A stretch of DNA of 19,778 bases from Octopus sinensis. Taxonomy: Eukaryota. A program made the position numbers and the translations under genes. The stretch covers positions 1 to 19,778 of the forward strand of contig NW_021824195.1 in the NCBI RefSeq assembly GCF_006345805.1. Direction: 5' to 3'. Shown one piece after another: positions 1-9,131 of this stretch. The notes beneath the pieces were generated by a model. The model was not told the origin of the DNA, made no database searches, and saw nothing but the letters and a program-made list of their open reading frames with translations. Within the stretch, counting starts at the first letter, position 1, and every line of letters begins with the position of its first letter.

Positions 1-137
1 CGACGGGCTTCTTTCAATTTCCGTCTACCAAATCCACTCACAAGGCTTGGTCGGCCCGAGGCTATAGTAGAAGACACTTCCCAAGGTGCCACGCAGTGGG
101 ACTGAACCCGGAACCATGTGGTTTTTAGCAAGCTACT
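1..137 (-). mobile_element. tRNA-derived SINE type A, head/core fragment; runs off the left edge of the window
   Basis: Reverse complement nearly matches the SINE A head at 16294-16450 (B-box GGTTCAGTCCC, then CCTTGGG(C)AAGTGTCTTCTACTATAGCC...GAAAGAAGCCC). The first ~20 nt including the A-box are missing. Confidence 0.85.
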
Positions 138-320
138 ATACATATATATATATTATATATATATATAAAAACACACGCAAAACACACAAACTTGTGCATG
201 CGCACAAAATACATGTAAACACTCACACAAGCAAAAGATTTACACACAAGCAATCACACACACACACACACAAGCACACACATACAAACACACACACGCG
301 CTCACGCCCACACACATTCA
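138..320. repeat. Compound (TA)n/(CA)n microsatellite
   Basis: Directly visible dinucleotide runs. Confidence 0.9.
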
Positions 321-392
321 CATAAAATCCAAAAGAGAGCTGATCATCGCTGCACGAAAAGCGAACCAGAAGCAAAAGGTAATTTAACCCTC

Positions 393-450
<58 letters not shown>

Positions 451-736
451 GTATTAGTAGTAGTAGTAGCAGTAGTAGTAGAGGTAGTAGTATTAGTAGT
501 AGTATTAGTATTAGTAGTAGTAGTAGTAGTAGTATTAGTATTAGTAGTATTATTCGTAGTAGTATTAGTAGTAGTGGTGGTGGTCGTCGTAGTAGTAGTA
601 GTAGTAGTAGTAGTAGTAATAGCAGCAGCAGTAGTAGTAATAGGAATAGTAGTAGTGGTAGTAATAGTAGTAGTAGTAATAGCAGCAGCAGCAGTAGTAG
701 TAATAGTAATAGTTGTAGTTGTAGTAGTAGTAGTAA

Positions 737-767
<31 letters not shown>

Positions 768-780
768 TGTTGTTGTTATT
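393..780. repeat. Long imperfect (TAG)n trinucleotide microsatellite
   Basis: About 390 bp of TAG units with TAT, CAG, TGG, TCG, TAA and TTG variants. Explains the poly-Thr and poly-Val ORFs. Confidence 0.97.
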
Positions 781-1082
781 GTTTTAGTTAAGTAGTTATG
801 TCTGCCATGTGTAAAGTTCCTTCCTACTGTGTTGTTGTTTTTTGATTTCGGAAGCAATTTTTACCGAAAAAGGAAAAAAAATATAAAAGAAAAGAAAAAA
901 TTGCTGATGTGGCAATTGTATTGGATTTGTGTCCTATTAAGTTTGGAAAATAATTGCAATTCTGAAATCATTAACCGCAAAACAAAACATCTTCAACTCT
1001 GGATGAATTTTAATTAAGTGAAATAATAATAATTAGAAATAATCATAATTATCATGTGTCTAGCTCATTTATGCCGATATAT

Positions 1083-1429
1083 GGCGCAGACGTGGCTGTC
1101 TGGTAAGAGGTTTGCTTCCCAGCCACATAGCTCCAGGTTCGAACCCACTGGGTGGCACCTTGGGCAGGTGTCTTCAACAATAGCCTTGGTCCGACCAAAA
1201 TCTTCGTAATCTTGTGAGTACATTGGTAAACGGAAACTGAAAGAAACCCGTCGTATGGTTATATGTGTGTGTATGTGTGTGTGTGTACCTATCTTTGTGC
1301 ATGTGTTTGTTGGCTATTACTGCTTGATACCAATCAGTATTCGAGTACCACTCGGGGTTCAAGTATTTTCATCCCTGTAACTTAGCAATTCGGCAAATCA
1401 GAAGGATAGAAATAGAAGTAGCCTTTACA
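1083..1429 (+). mobile_element. Divergent, 3'-truncated SINE type A copy
   Basis: A-box-like TGGCTGTCTGG, B-box GGTTCGAACCC, core CCTTGGGCAGGTGTCTTC, GGAAACTGAAAGAAACCCGTCG, internal (TG)n, then partial tail CCCTGTAACTTAGCAATTCGGCAAA. Confidence 0.8.
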
Positions 1430-1486
<57 letters not shown>

Positions 1487-1490
1487 AATT
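1430..1490. repeat. (TAA)n microsatellite, 5' flank of Dong-like fragment 1
   Basis: Directly visible. Confidence 0.95.
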
Positions 1491-1777
1491 ATGATCAAGA
1501 AGGGAACCGAAAATTATATGAGAATGATCCCTGGCTTACCATCCTTGCAAGAAGTGCAAAAGATTGTCTTAACTGGTACATCACACGTATTGAGAAGAGC
1601 ATTGTCGCTGTGAGAACTATTACTACCCATGTAGTAATAGTTTTTTAACTTTAAAAAAAAAAATGAACGCACTATTGAGTTTAGTTTAATGGCCTACCAA
1701 TGTATACTATGAGTTTCTTTGCCCTAGGAGTCGGGAAGACACTCGGCAAGAAATGGAAGCAAATTTGAAAGAAGAAG

Positions 1778-1778
<1 letters not shown>
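1491..1778 (+). mobile_element. R4/Dong-like RLE LINE 3' fragment (copy 1)
   Basis: 1491-1613 translates MIKKGTENYMRMIPGLPSLQEVQKIVLTGTSHVLRRALSL*, homologous to the C-terminus of the long copy (MIKKGCQKHLDNIPGKPCLKEIQKIVLTSTAHILRKTLSM*). Followed by a 3' UTR and a (TAA)n tail. Confidence 0.85.
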
Positions 1779-1810
<32 letters not shown>

Positions 1811-1811
1811 T
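1779..1811. repeat. (TAA)n tail / 3' flank of Dong-like copy 1
   Basis: Directly visible. Confidence 0.95.
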
Positions 1812-2151
1812 CAGTTCATCTCATAAGTTCTGTCCAAATTTTGAATAAAGAAAACAAGTGATCAAATGTTTTATTTAATTGAAACCAAATAGATTTAAGA
1901 AAAATCTCATATATGCATTTTTGTCAAATAGGCCTCAAAATCATTGTAGCTACTAACCAATCTTAAGTGGATTTCTTAGATGCGTTCCCAGCTCAAACTT
2001 GTACTTATAGAAGCCCTATTAAAAACCTCAGGAAAAGCGTATGTATAAAGATAAAGATTCCTGTCACCCCTATATTGTTCAAAACTTTATAGCCAATATC
2101 GGTAATAGGAGATCTCATCTTTCCATTTCTAAGGGAATATTCGATAAGGCA

Positions 2152-2467
2152 TGGAGGCGCAATGGCCCAGTGAATAGGGCAGTGGACTCACGGTCGGAGG
2201 ACCGCGATTTCGATTCCCAGACCGGGCGCTGTGTGTATTTATTGAGCGAAAACACCTAAATGCTCCAGGGGTCTCCGGCATGGGGGGTTGGCGACCCCTG
2301 TTGTATTCTTTAGCCAGAAATTTCTCTCATTCCCTCTTCTTGTTTCTTGAGTAACGCTGCGATGGACTGGCGTCCCGGCCAGCTGGGGGGAACACATACG
2401 CCACAGAAACCGGGAAACCGGGTCCATGAGCCTGGCTAGGCTTGAAAAGGGCGAGAAAAATAAAATA
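2152..2467 (+). mobile_element. Full-length tRNA-derived SINE type B with a perfect 13-bp target-site duplication
   Basis: A-box-like TGGCCCAGTG, B-box-like GATTTCGATTCCC, GC-rich body and A-rich end. ATTCGATAAGGCA occurs at both 2139-2151 and 2468-2480. Confidence 0.85.
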
Positions 2468-3522
2468 ATTCGATAAGGCAGCCTTACTATAATAATACCC
2501 TCGCTAACACTGGCTCCCAATATAATATATGTTACAACAACCCTACAATTAAAAATTTAAAACCTAAAAATAGACCAAAAGATTATGTGGTTCTCCTACA
2601 ACTTTCTCTTTGACTAATGGAGGTCGAAGATCTCTCGCCTTAATAGTTATGCATGTCCCAGATAACCATAAATACTAGAAAATTTTTAATTGACATTCAG
2701 TGAAAATTGCATATTACTGTTGTCTTAACATCAAAAATATTATGAGTCGCAGGTCACATTAATCGGTTATTCCAACTTGTAATAGTAGACACCTAGAAAC
2801 GTGCCCACTCGATCAGGCATGCATGAATTTCTCAGTTTTTTTATGAAGCTGAAGTCAGCGCATTGCTTCGAAAGATTATGGAACTCAAAAGAATATGTGC
2901 ATTGGTGTATGTGAAATCGACTTTATAAACGGAGAGGATAAGCACCAGTCATCTTTTCGACGTGTGGATGAGAAGCCACGGCGTTACCAAGCCATATCTA
3001 CGATCTGAAGGCCAGCTACACACCACACACAATAACGAATAACATCGTGGAACGATGCAAACTATACGTTAATGGATAACAAAAAAGATGCAAGCTTTGT
3101 TTAGTTGAGAGATTTCATATTCTTTTTACACTCTACTGGTCCACTGAATTCTAGATCTGAAATTTTCATCAACTGTAGACAGCTGGAGCAGAAACAACAT
3201 CACCATCCTTCGGATTAATCATAGTCTCATAAACGTTCACCCTTTCTGCGTTGAACTAATTCTCATCAGCATTATTGATTTGGATTCGAACGAGACAGTC
3301 GGACGCAACTCTTCATTTTTTTTGCCTTTTTCTCCTCATTCCACTATTTTTTTTTTTACTTTCTTCTGATATTTTCTCGTGTTTATGCTTCTCAATGTCT
3401 AGACATCTTGTTTATTTGAATATGAAATTTTCCATGTAAACACGCAGCAGGCCGCTTTGTCATCTTGTCTGACCATTGTGTTTTCACAGCATGAAACTAA
3501 TAATTACTAGAATTTAAATCTT

Positions 3523-3537
3523 GTGTGTGTATGGGTC

Positions 3538-3573
<36 letters not shown>

Positions 3574-3700
3574 TGTATGTATGTATGTATGTATGTATGT
3601 ATGTATGTATCTATCTATCTATCACTCTCTCTCTCTCTCTCTCTCTCCTTAAACACACACGCACACAAGCACGCAAGCGCGCACACGCACATGCACACGC
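3523..3700. repeat. Compound microsatellite (TG)/(TA)/(TATG)n/(TATC)n/(TC)n/(CA)n
   Basis: Directly visible successive motifs. Confidence 0.95.
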
Positions 3701-3850
3701 ATATGGTTCAAGTGTACGTTAAAACAAAAGACAGACACGTGAGGAAATAACAAGCAGGTGTATTAGTTTAACGCTCGGGAAAAATGGAAGAGTCTTTGAC
3801 GTATCAAGCCTACGCTCTCGGTAGGAAGGATTAAAAGGAAAAATAAAGAG
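3701..3850 (-). mobile_element. Short non-coding element related to 4845-5051, with a degenerate hammerhead-like motif (possible Penelope-type tail)
   Basis: TGTATTAGTTTAACGCTCGGGAA...AGTCTTTGACGTATCAAGCCTACGCTC aligns with TGTATTAGTATGGCGCTCAGGAA...AGTCTTTTACGTTTCGAGTCTACGCTC at about 4907-4970. Confidence 0.55.
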
Positions 3851-4028
3851 AGAGAGAGATATGAGAGAGACAGGTAGTGAGAGAGAGACAACGATAGAGA
3901 CAGAGAGAGAGAGAGAAAACCTATTAAGGTTAATGATTTCACAAGCTGAAATATATATAGGTGTGTGCGTATGTTTATTTGCGCCTGTATCTGTTTGCCT
4001 TATGTATTGTTATATATGTATATATATG

Positions 4029-4070
4029 CTGAGACCCCCTTCGGTCAGGAATTACCGTAGGATTGCGTAT
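4029..4070 (-). mobile_element. 3'-terminal fragment of SINE type E
   Basis: GCTGAGACCCCCTTCGGTCA...GGATTGC matches 5064-5103. Confidence 0.7.
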
Positions 4071-4072
4071 AT

Positions 4073-4293
4073 TCTTCTATTCTTTTATTCTTTTACTTGT
4101 TTCAGTCATTTGACTGCAGCCATGCTGGAGCACCGCCTTTAGTCGAGCAAATCGACCCCGGGACTTATTCTTTGTAAGCCCAGTACTTATTCTATCGGTC
4201 TCTTATGCCGAACCGCTAAGTGACGGGAACGTAAACACACCAGCATCGGTCGTCAAGCAATGCTAGGAGTACAAACACAGACACACAAACACC

Positions 4294-4347
<54 letters not shown>

Positions 4348-4508
4348 TACGACAGGCTTCTTTCAGTTTCCGTCAACCAAATCCACTCACAAGGTATTGG
4401 TCGGCCCGGGGCTATAGCAGAAGACACTTGCCCAAGATGCCACGCAGTGGGACTGAAGCCGGAATCATGTGGCTGGTTAGCAAGCTACTTACCACACAAC
4501 CACTCCTG
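4073..4508 (-). mobile_element. Near full-length SINE type A with internal (TA)n
   Basis: Reverse complement of 16294-16751: tRNA-like head, core, internal microsatellite, and tail ending in GAAACAAGTAAAAGAATAAAAGAAT repeats. Confidence 0.92.
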
Positions 4509-4591
4509 ATATATATATATATATATATTACGAAGATGTACTTGCATAGCAAGTGATTTGATCTGAGATCGTGTGCTGGAACGAAAACAAT

Positions 4592-4775
4592 TGCAGCGTG
4601 GAAGGTGTTTGTAAGCCATTCCGTGCATTCAGAGATGCAGCACGGATTTTTGTCAGTGAACAGGTCGCGGTCTCATAGCAACGAAAATATTTTGACAAAT
4701 TAAACTTAAATGTTGAAGTGAATCGAACGGCTTTTGTGTGTTTCTTAAATGCTTACAAACACCTTCCACGCTGCA
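4592..4775. mobile_element. MITE-like/foldback element bounded by a perfect 25-bp inverted repeat
   Basis: TGCAGCGTGGAAGGTGTTTGTAAGC (4592-4616) is the exact reverse complement of GCTTACAAACACCTTCCACGCTGCA (4751-4775). (TA)n lies on the right; no clear TSD. Confidence 0.65.
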
Positions 4776-4781
4776 TATATA

Positions 4782-4836
<55 letters not shown>

Positions 4837-4844
4837 AATAAATA
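4776..4844. repeat. (TA)n microsatellite
   Basis: Directly visible. Confidence 0.95.
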
Positions 4845-5051
4845 TATAATGGGAAGCTTTATGAAAATAAACAAAAGACGAAGGCAGGTGGAATACAAAC
4901 AAACAATTGTATTAGTATGGCGCTCAGGAATATAAATAAAACAAGTCTTTTACGTTTCGAGTCTACGCTCTTCAACAGAAAGATACACAGAAAAGAAACA
5001 CGGAAAGAAACAAGGAGAGAAAAAAATGCGTGCAGAAGCTAGCGAATCAAC
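4845..5051 (-). mobile_element. Short element between (TA)n runs carrying a minimal hammerhead-like motif
   Basis: Homologous to 3701-3850; contains the motif at 4946-4983; TA repeats on both sides. Confidence 0.55.
4946..4983 (-). ncRNA. Minimal type I hammerhead-like motif with a variant core
   Basis: Minus strand reads TCTTT-CTGTTGA-A-GAGCGTAGACTC-GAAAC-GTA-AAAGA: 5-bp stem I, stem II GAGC/ACTC with one mismatch, palindromic ACGT in place of stem III. Core is CUGUUGA instead of CUGANGA. Confidence 0.4.
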
Positions 5052-5063
5052 ATATATATATAT

Positions 5064-5401
5064 GCTGAGACCCCCTTCGGTCACGAATAATCGTGGGATT
5101 GCACCTTGAAAGTTACCCTCCCAAGCACAAGTCCGGCCAAGGATGTTTTATGGAAGACTAGAAGTCGCCCATGCATCCCGGCTTCCCCTCTCCACACCAC
5201 TGATGTTATCCTAGGGAAAGGCAAAAGGGTCCGATACAGCTTGGTTCCTGTGAAGTCGCAACACATTTCTACAGTTGAGTGAAGTGGAGCAACGTGAAAT
5301 AAAGTGTCTTGCTCAAGAGCACAACACGCAGCCCGGTCCGGGATTGGAACTCACAACCTCACGATCGTAAGCTCGACGCTCTAAGCACTGGGCTATGCGC
5401 C
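5064..5401 (-). mobile_element. Full-length tRNA-derived SINE type E with a MetaSINE-like central block
   Basis: Minus strand reads GGCGCATAGCCCAGTG (A-box), GAGTTCCAATCCC (B-box), GTGCTCTTGAGCAAGACACTTTATTTCACGTTGCTCC, ending GACCGAAGGGGGTCTCAGC-(AT)n. The MetaSINE assignment is from memory of that domain and is unverified. Confidence 0.8.
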
Positions 5402-5863
5402 TTTACACACACATACACACACACACTCACACACACACATATATAAGTATGCATGTGTGTTAAGAATGAAGTAAAAATTCACGAGTGGACGATTCCATTT
5501 GCTGACAACCAAACATTAACGATATATTTCCTTCTCTTACGTTTCTCAGTGAGAACTTGCTTCGCTCTATCGCCGCATCCATTCACTGAGTGGAACCTCA
5601 TATCTTGCGTATAGAAACCATTTTACGCAAGAGCTCATAATTCAGTCCGATATTAGATCGATTCTTTCGCAGTAAACAAGCGTAGAGTAAACTCCGTAAC
5701 GAAGATTATTTTTTTTCTATTTCTGTTTAATCAAGGAAGCCCGTTTTGCTGAGATTTTAAAAATTTCATTTACGTGAAAATTTCAAACATCTGCTGGACA
5801 TTGAACGATTAGCTTTTGTTGAACTTTTCGTCTCGAATTTATTTATATAATTCGCTAGCTTAG

Positions 5864-6056
5864 TATGCTTTTCTACTCTAAGTACAAGGTCTGAAAGTTT
5901 TGGGGAGGAGTCCAGTCGATTAGATCGACTCCAGTGCAAAACTGGTACTTAATTTATCGACACTGAGAGGATGAAAAGCAAATTCACCCTCGGCGGAATT
6001 TGAACTCAGAACGCAAAGACAGACGAAATACCTATTTCTTTACTACCCACAAGGGG
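5864..6056 (-). mobile_element. SINE type C, second monomer plus the end of the first monomer
   Basis: Matches 15838-15955 and 16010-16110 (GGCGGAATTTGAACTCAGAACG is the reverse complement of B-box GAGTTCAAATTCC; ACTGGTACTTAATTTATCGAC). Confidence 0.8.
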
Positions 6057-6064
6057 TAGTAAAG

Positions 6065-6066
<2 letters not shown>

Positions 6067-6137
<71 letters not shown>

Positions 6138-6191
6138 ATGTCTGAATATATGCATATATATATATATATTTTTGTATGTCTGAATATATGC

Positions 6192-6226
<35 letters not shown>

Positions 6227-6305
6227 ATATATATATATTAATTTATATATATGTATCTATGCATATATGTATATATACATACACACACATATGTTTATAT
6301 ATATA
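6067..6305. repeat. (TA)n field with a 38-bp period duplication of TTTGTATGTCTGAATATATGCATATA
   Basis: The motif occurs at 6133 and 6171 within TA runs. Confidence 0.9.
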
Positions 6306-6964
6306 TTCTTGTATTTTATCATTTTTATTTTAACGGAAGATTGAAGCGACATGCAGTGTTTCCGCGCCGCTAAATAAACCAATTTGTTTGGTTGACACTA
6401 ACGTCAAATTTGATTGGTTCATCGCATACCTACATTGGTGATACATTATTACAGATGGTCATACACGGCGGTGAGTGTGTGTGGGGGTTATGGGAGTGGA
6501 AACACATCGTAAAAATGTAAATACAATTAACTCTCTCTCTTACGCAAAACCCCAAATATAAATTCATATTATGTGAAAAAGAGAGAGAGAGAGAGGAAAG
6601 GAAGAAGAGGAGGAGGAAGGTGAGGATGAGACGTATACATGCTGGCAGGAAATTCTGTGTGACAGTCAGCTTTATTAAAATCCGTTGTTCAGTCACTTGA
6701 TGAAGATCTGGATGCAACTGCCGAAAATTCCTACAGACGCTGTGAAATAGTTTTCTCTTGTGAAATGCTGGAATAATTGCTGTTGATGACTGCCTTTTGG
6801 CGCTAGTTCAAATTTCTCCAATTCTATATAAAACCGCTGACATAATTTGAAATAAATTGCTGGCGAAAGAGACATAAGGAACGAGACGGGAGAAAGTTAG
6901 AAAGTGAGCGAGTGGTAGATGCAGGTGAATAAAATATGAGGCCGTGACGAACTGGTAGGAGGGA

Positions 6965-7129
6965 GAGTTTGAAGGTGAATTAGTGAAGGAATGAGGGAGA
7001 GAGATAGAAATTGAATGAGTAAGGGTGATGGACTGAGGGAAAGAGTTTGAAGGTGAATTAGTGAAGGAATGAGGGAGAGAGATAGAATGTGAATGAGTAA
7101 GGGTGATGGACTGAGGGAAAGCGTTTGAA
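6965..7129. repeat. 78-bp purine-rich tandem repeat, about 2.1 copies
   Basis: GAGTTTGAAGGTGAATTAGTGAAGG... starts at 6965 and 7043, with a partial GCGTTTGAA at 7121. The units are nearly identical. Confidence 0.92.
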
Positions 7130-7762
7130 AGTGGGGAGTGAATGACAGAGAAATATAAAGTGAATGAGTGAGGGACTGAGAGATAAGGAGATATTACCAA
7201 CCTCTCCAGAGTTACAAGCATATGTACAGACGTTACCAAGTATCCAGACATCTTATTACAGAACTGCTCAGAGATTCGTATGTTATTATCAATTATAAAC
7301 GTCCTGCAGAGCTTTAAGATTGCCTTTCTGGTTTATTGATTTCTTTAAATATGTTAATACGTTGATGAAAGAAATAGAAGGAGAGTAAGAGGTCAACAAC
7401 GTCTTTGGAATGAGTTACACATTTATAGAAGGGACCAAATAATCAGACATCTTATTGTAGCGCTACTCCGTGTGCCATATGATGGTATAAATTATAAATC
7501 ATACGCGGTACTTTAAGGATGTCTCTGTGGGATATTGATTTTTTTTTTAGATATGTTATTATGGTGATCATTATAAAATAGATTACTTTCTAGGGGAAGT
7601 TTTTACATGGCGCAGAACTTGCGTAATAGGCATTATCATTTCTTTAAATCACACTCTAACACATCCATTTCTAGCCTGGCAATCACGGGTCTTGTTGATC
7701 TAAAACAGAGTTACTGACAGAGTGCATGATGTATAATTGCCTTGTTAGAAATGATTAAACAG

Positions 7763-7857
7763 TAATTATCCCTTCTTTATCCCCAGAAAACGTTTTTATT
7801 ACATGCTCCGCTTACATTTCCTCGTCATTTTGTAAAGTTAAAAATTATTTTAATGTA
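7763..7857. repeat. Left copy of a ~95-bp direct repeat flanking the RTE element (putative long TSD)
   Basis: Aligns to 8676-8769 with about 10 substitutions and 1 indel by hand count. Confidence 0.85.
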
Positions 7858-8675
7858 TAGTCAACATCAGCCACAACAAACATCAGCATCAAGATCGATA
7901 ATGAAGAGATCGAAGAGGTTGATGATTTCATCTTTCTTGGCTCCAAAATAAATCGAGATGGTGACTGCACTCAAGAAATAAGACGGCGGATAGTACTAGG
8001 CAGAGAGGCAATGGTCAGCATGAGCAAGGTCTGGAAGAGTAGAGACATCAGACTCGCTACCAAATGCAGATTGGTGAATGCAATTGTCTTCCCAATAGCA
8101 ACATATGGATGCGAGACCTGGACACTAAGGAAAGCTGACCAGAAGAGAATTAATGCATTCGAGCTTTGGTATTGGAGAAGACTTTTACGGATTCCATGGA
8201 CAGCGAGGCTCACCCATGGAGAAGTTCTTAAGCAGATCAGATCGAAAATGACGCTAGAAGCTAGGATCACCAACATAGGTTGGCATATTTCGGTCATATT
8301 ATGCGGAGAAAATCCCTGGAGAAGGACATCATGCTCGGAATGGTCAGTGGCAAGAGAGGAAGAGGCCGACCAATGGAGAAGTTCTTAAGCAGATCAGGCC
8401 CAAAATGTCGCTAGAAGCTAGGATCACCAAGCATAGATTGGCATATTTTGGTCATATTATGCGGAGAGAATCCCTGGAGAAGGACATCATGCTCGGAATA
8501 GTCAGTGGCAAGAGAGGAAGAGGCCGACCAAGAACCCGCTGGCTTGACACCATCAGGAGTGATACCGGAATGGACATAGCCAATCTGAAAGAAGGGGCCC
8601 AGGATAGAACTGACTGGAGGACACTGATCCAACGAGTAACCGAGAGTCGACTTCGACTGAGCGGATAGAGAGATA
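7858..8675 (+). mobile_element. 5'-truncated RTE-clade (BovB-like) LINE: RT C-terminal region with an internal tandem duplication
   Basis: From 7861: EEVDDFIFLGSKINRDGDCTQEIRRRI...FPIATYGCETWTL...AFELWYWRRLLRIPWTAR; then YFGHIMRRESLEKDIMLG..GKRGRGRPRTRWLD...VTESRLRLSG* (stop 8666-8668) and a very short (AG) tail. These are hallmark RTE/BovB motifs. Confidence 0.95.
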
Positions 8676-8769
8676 TAATTATCTCTTCTTTATCTCCAGG
8701 GAACTTTTATATTACATGCCCCGCTTACACTTCCTCCTCATTTTGTAAAGTTAAAAATAATTTAATGTA
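8676..8769. repeat. Right copy of the ~95-bp direct repeat flanking the RTE element
   Basis: See 7763-7857; begins immediately after the RTE tail. Confidence 0.85.
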
Positions 8770-9131
8770 ATATGGGGAAATATTTAATAGACGATAACTT
8801 CTTCGCACTGAGGAGATCCAACAAGATTGATATAGCAGCTATATATGAATGTTAAGGGTTAAATGATTTAAACGAAATTTTACGGAAAGAATATTTTAAC
8901 AAATATATAATTAAATGTATTGTTTTTCCTGTCTCCAAAGAGAATAAATATTAGTAATATAGATTCTTGCAAGGCGATTCTCTCCCTTGTCATAAAAGCA
9001 AACAACCAATCATTTGAAAGATTATATCTTTCAATTCTATCGCTCCACCACCGCTCATGTCTCTTTGAGACATTTAGAAAATCAATATTTCTAATTACGG
9101 TAACCAGTGACTAGATTTTAATGTAAATATA

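Noticed and set aside
86-325. Recurrent small ORFs starting (M/V)PRSGTEP, also at 4260, 15232 and antisense at 15190 and 16374
   Set aside because: They are read-throughs of the SINE A head into microsatellites, not a peptide family.
384-857. 157-aa poly-Thr ORF (mucin-like) and the overlapping poly-Val ORF
   Set aside because: Translation of the (TAG)n microsatellite, with no non-repetitive domain or splice evidence.
2960-3080. Peptide YDLKASYTPHTITNNIVERCKLYVNG, faintly like an integrase or transposase N..VER motif
   Set aside because: Too short, no supporting catalytic motifs nearby, and stops on both sides. A tBLASTx search would be needed.
2152-5401. tRNA-like sequences at the SINE heads as real tRNA genes
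   Set aside because: They lack closed acceptor stems and continue into SINE bodies. I could not assign parental tRNAs reliably.
5603-5632. 9-bp inverted repeat TCTTGCGTA/TACGCAAGA
   Set aside because: Isolated short hairpin without TSD or family context; plausible by chance.
6370-6440. Three CCAAT/ATTGG pentamers within ~60 bp (possible promoter)
   Set aside because: Expected by chance in AT-rich DNA, and no downstream gene or TSS evidence.
6965-8531. Direct repeats considered as a CRISPR-like array
   Set aside because: The units are contiguous tandem duplications without unique spacers, in a eukaryotic context.
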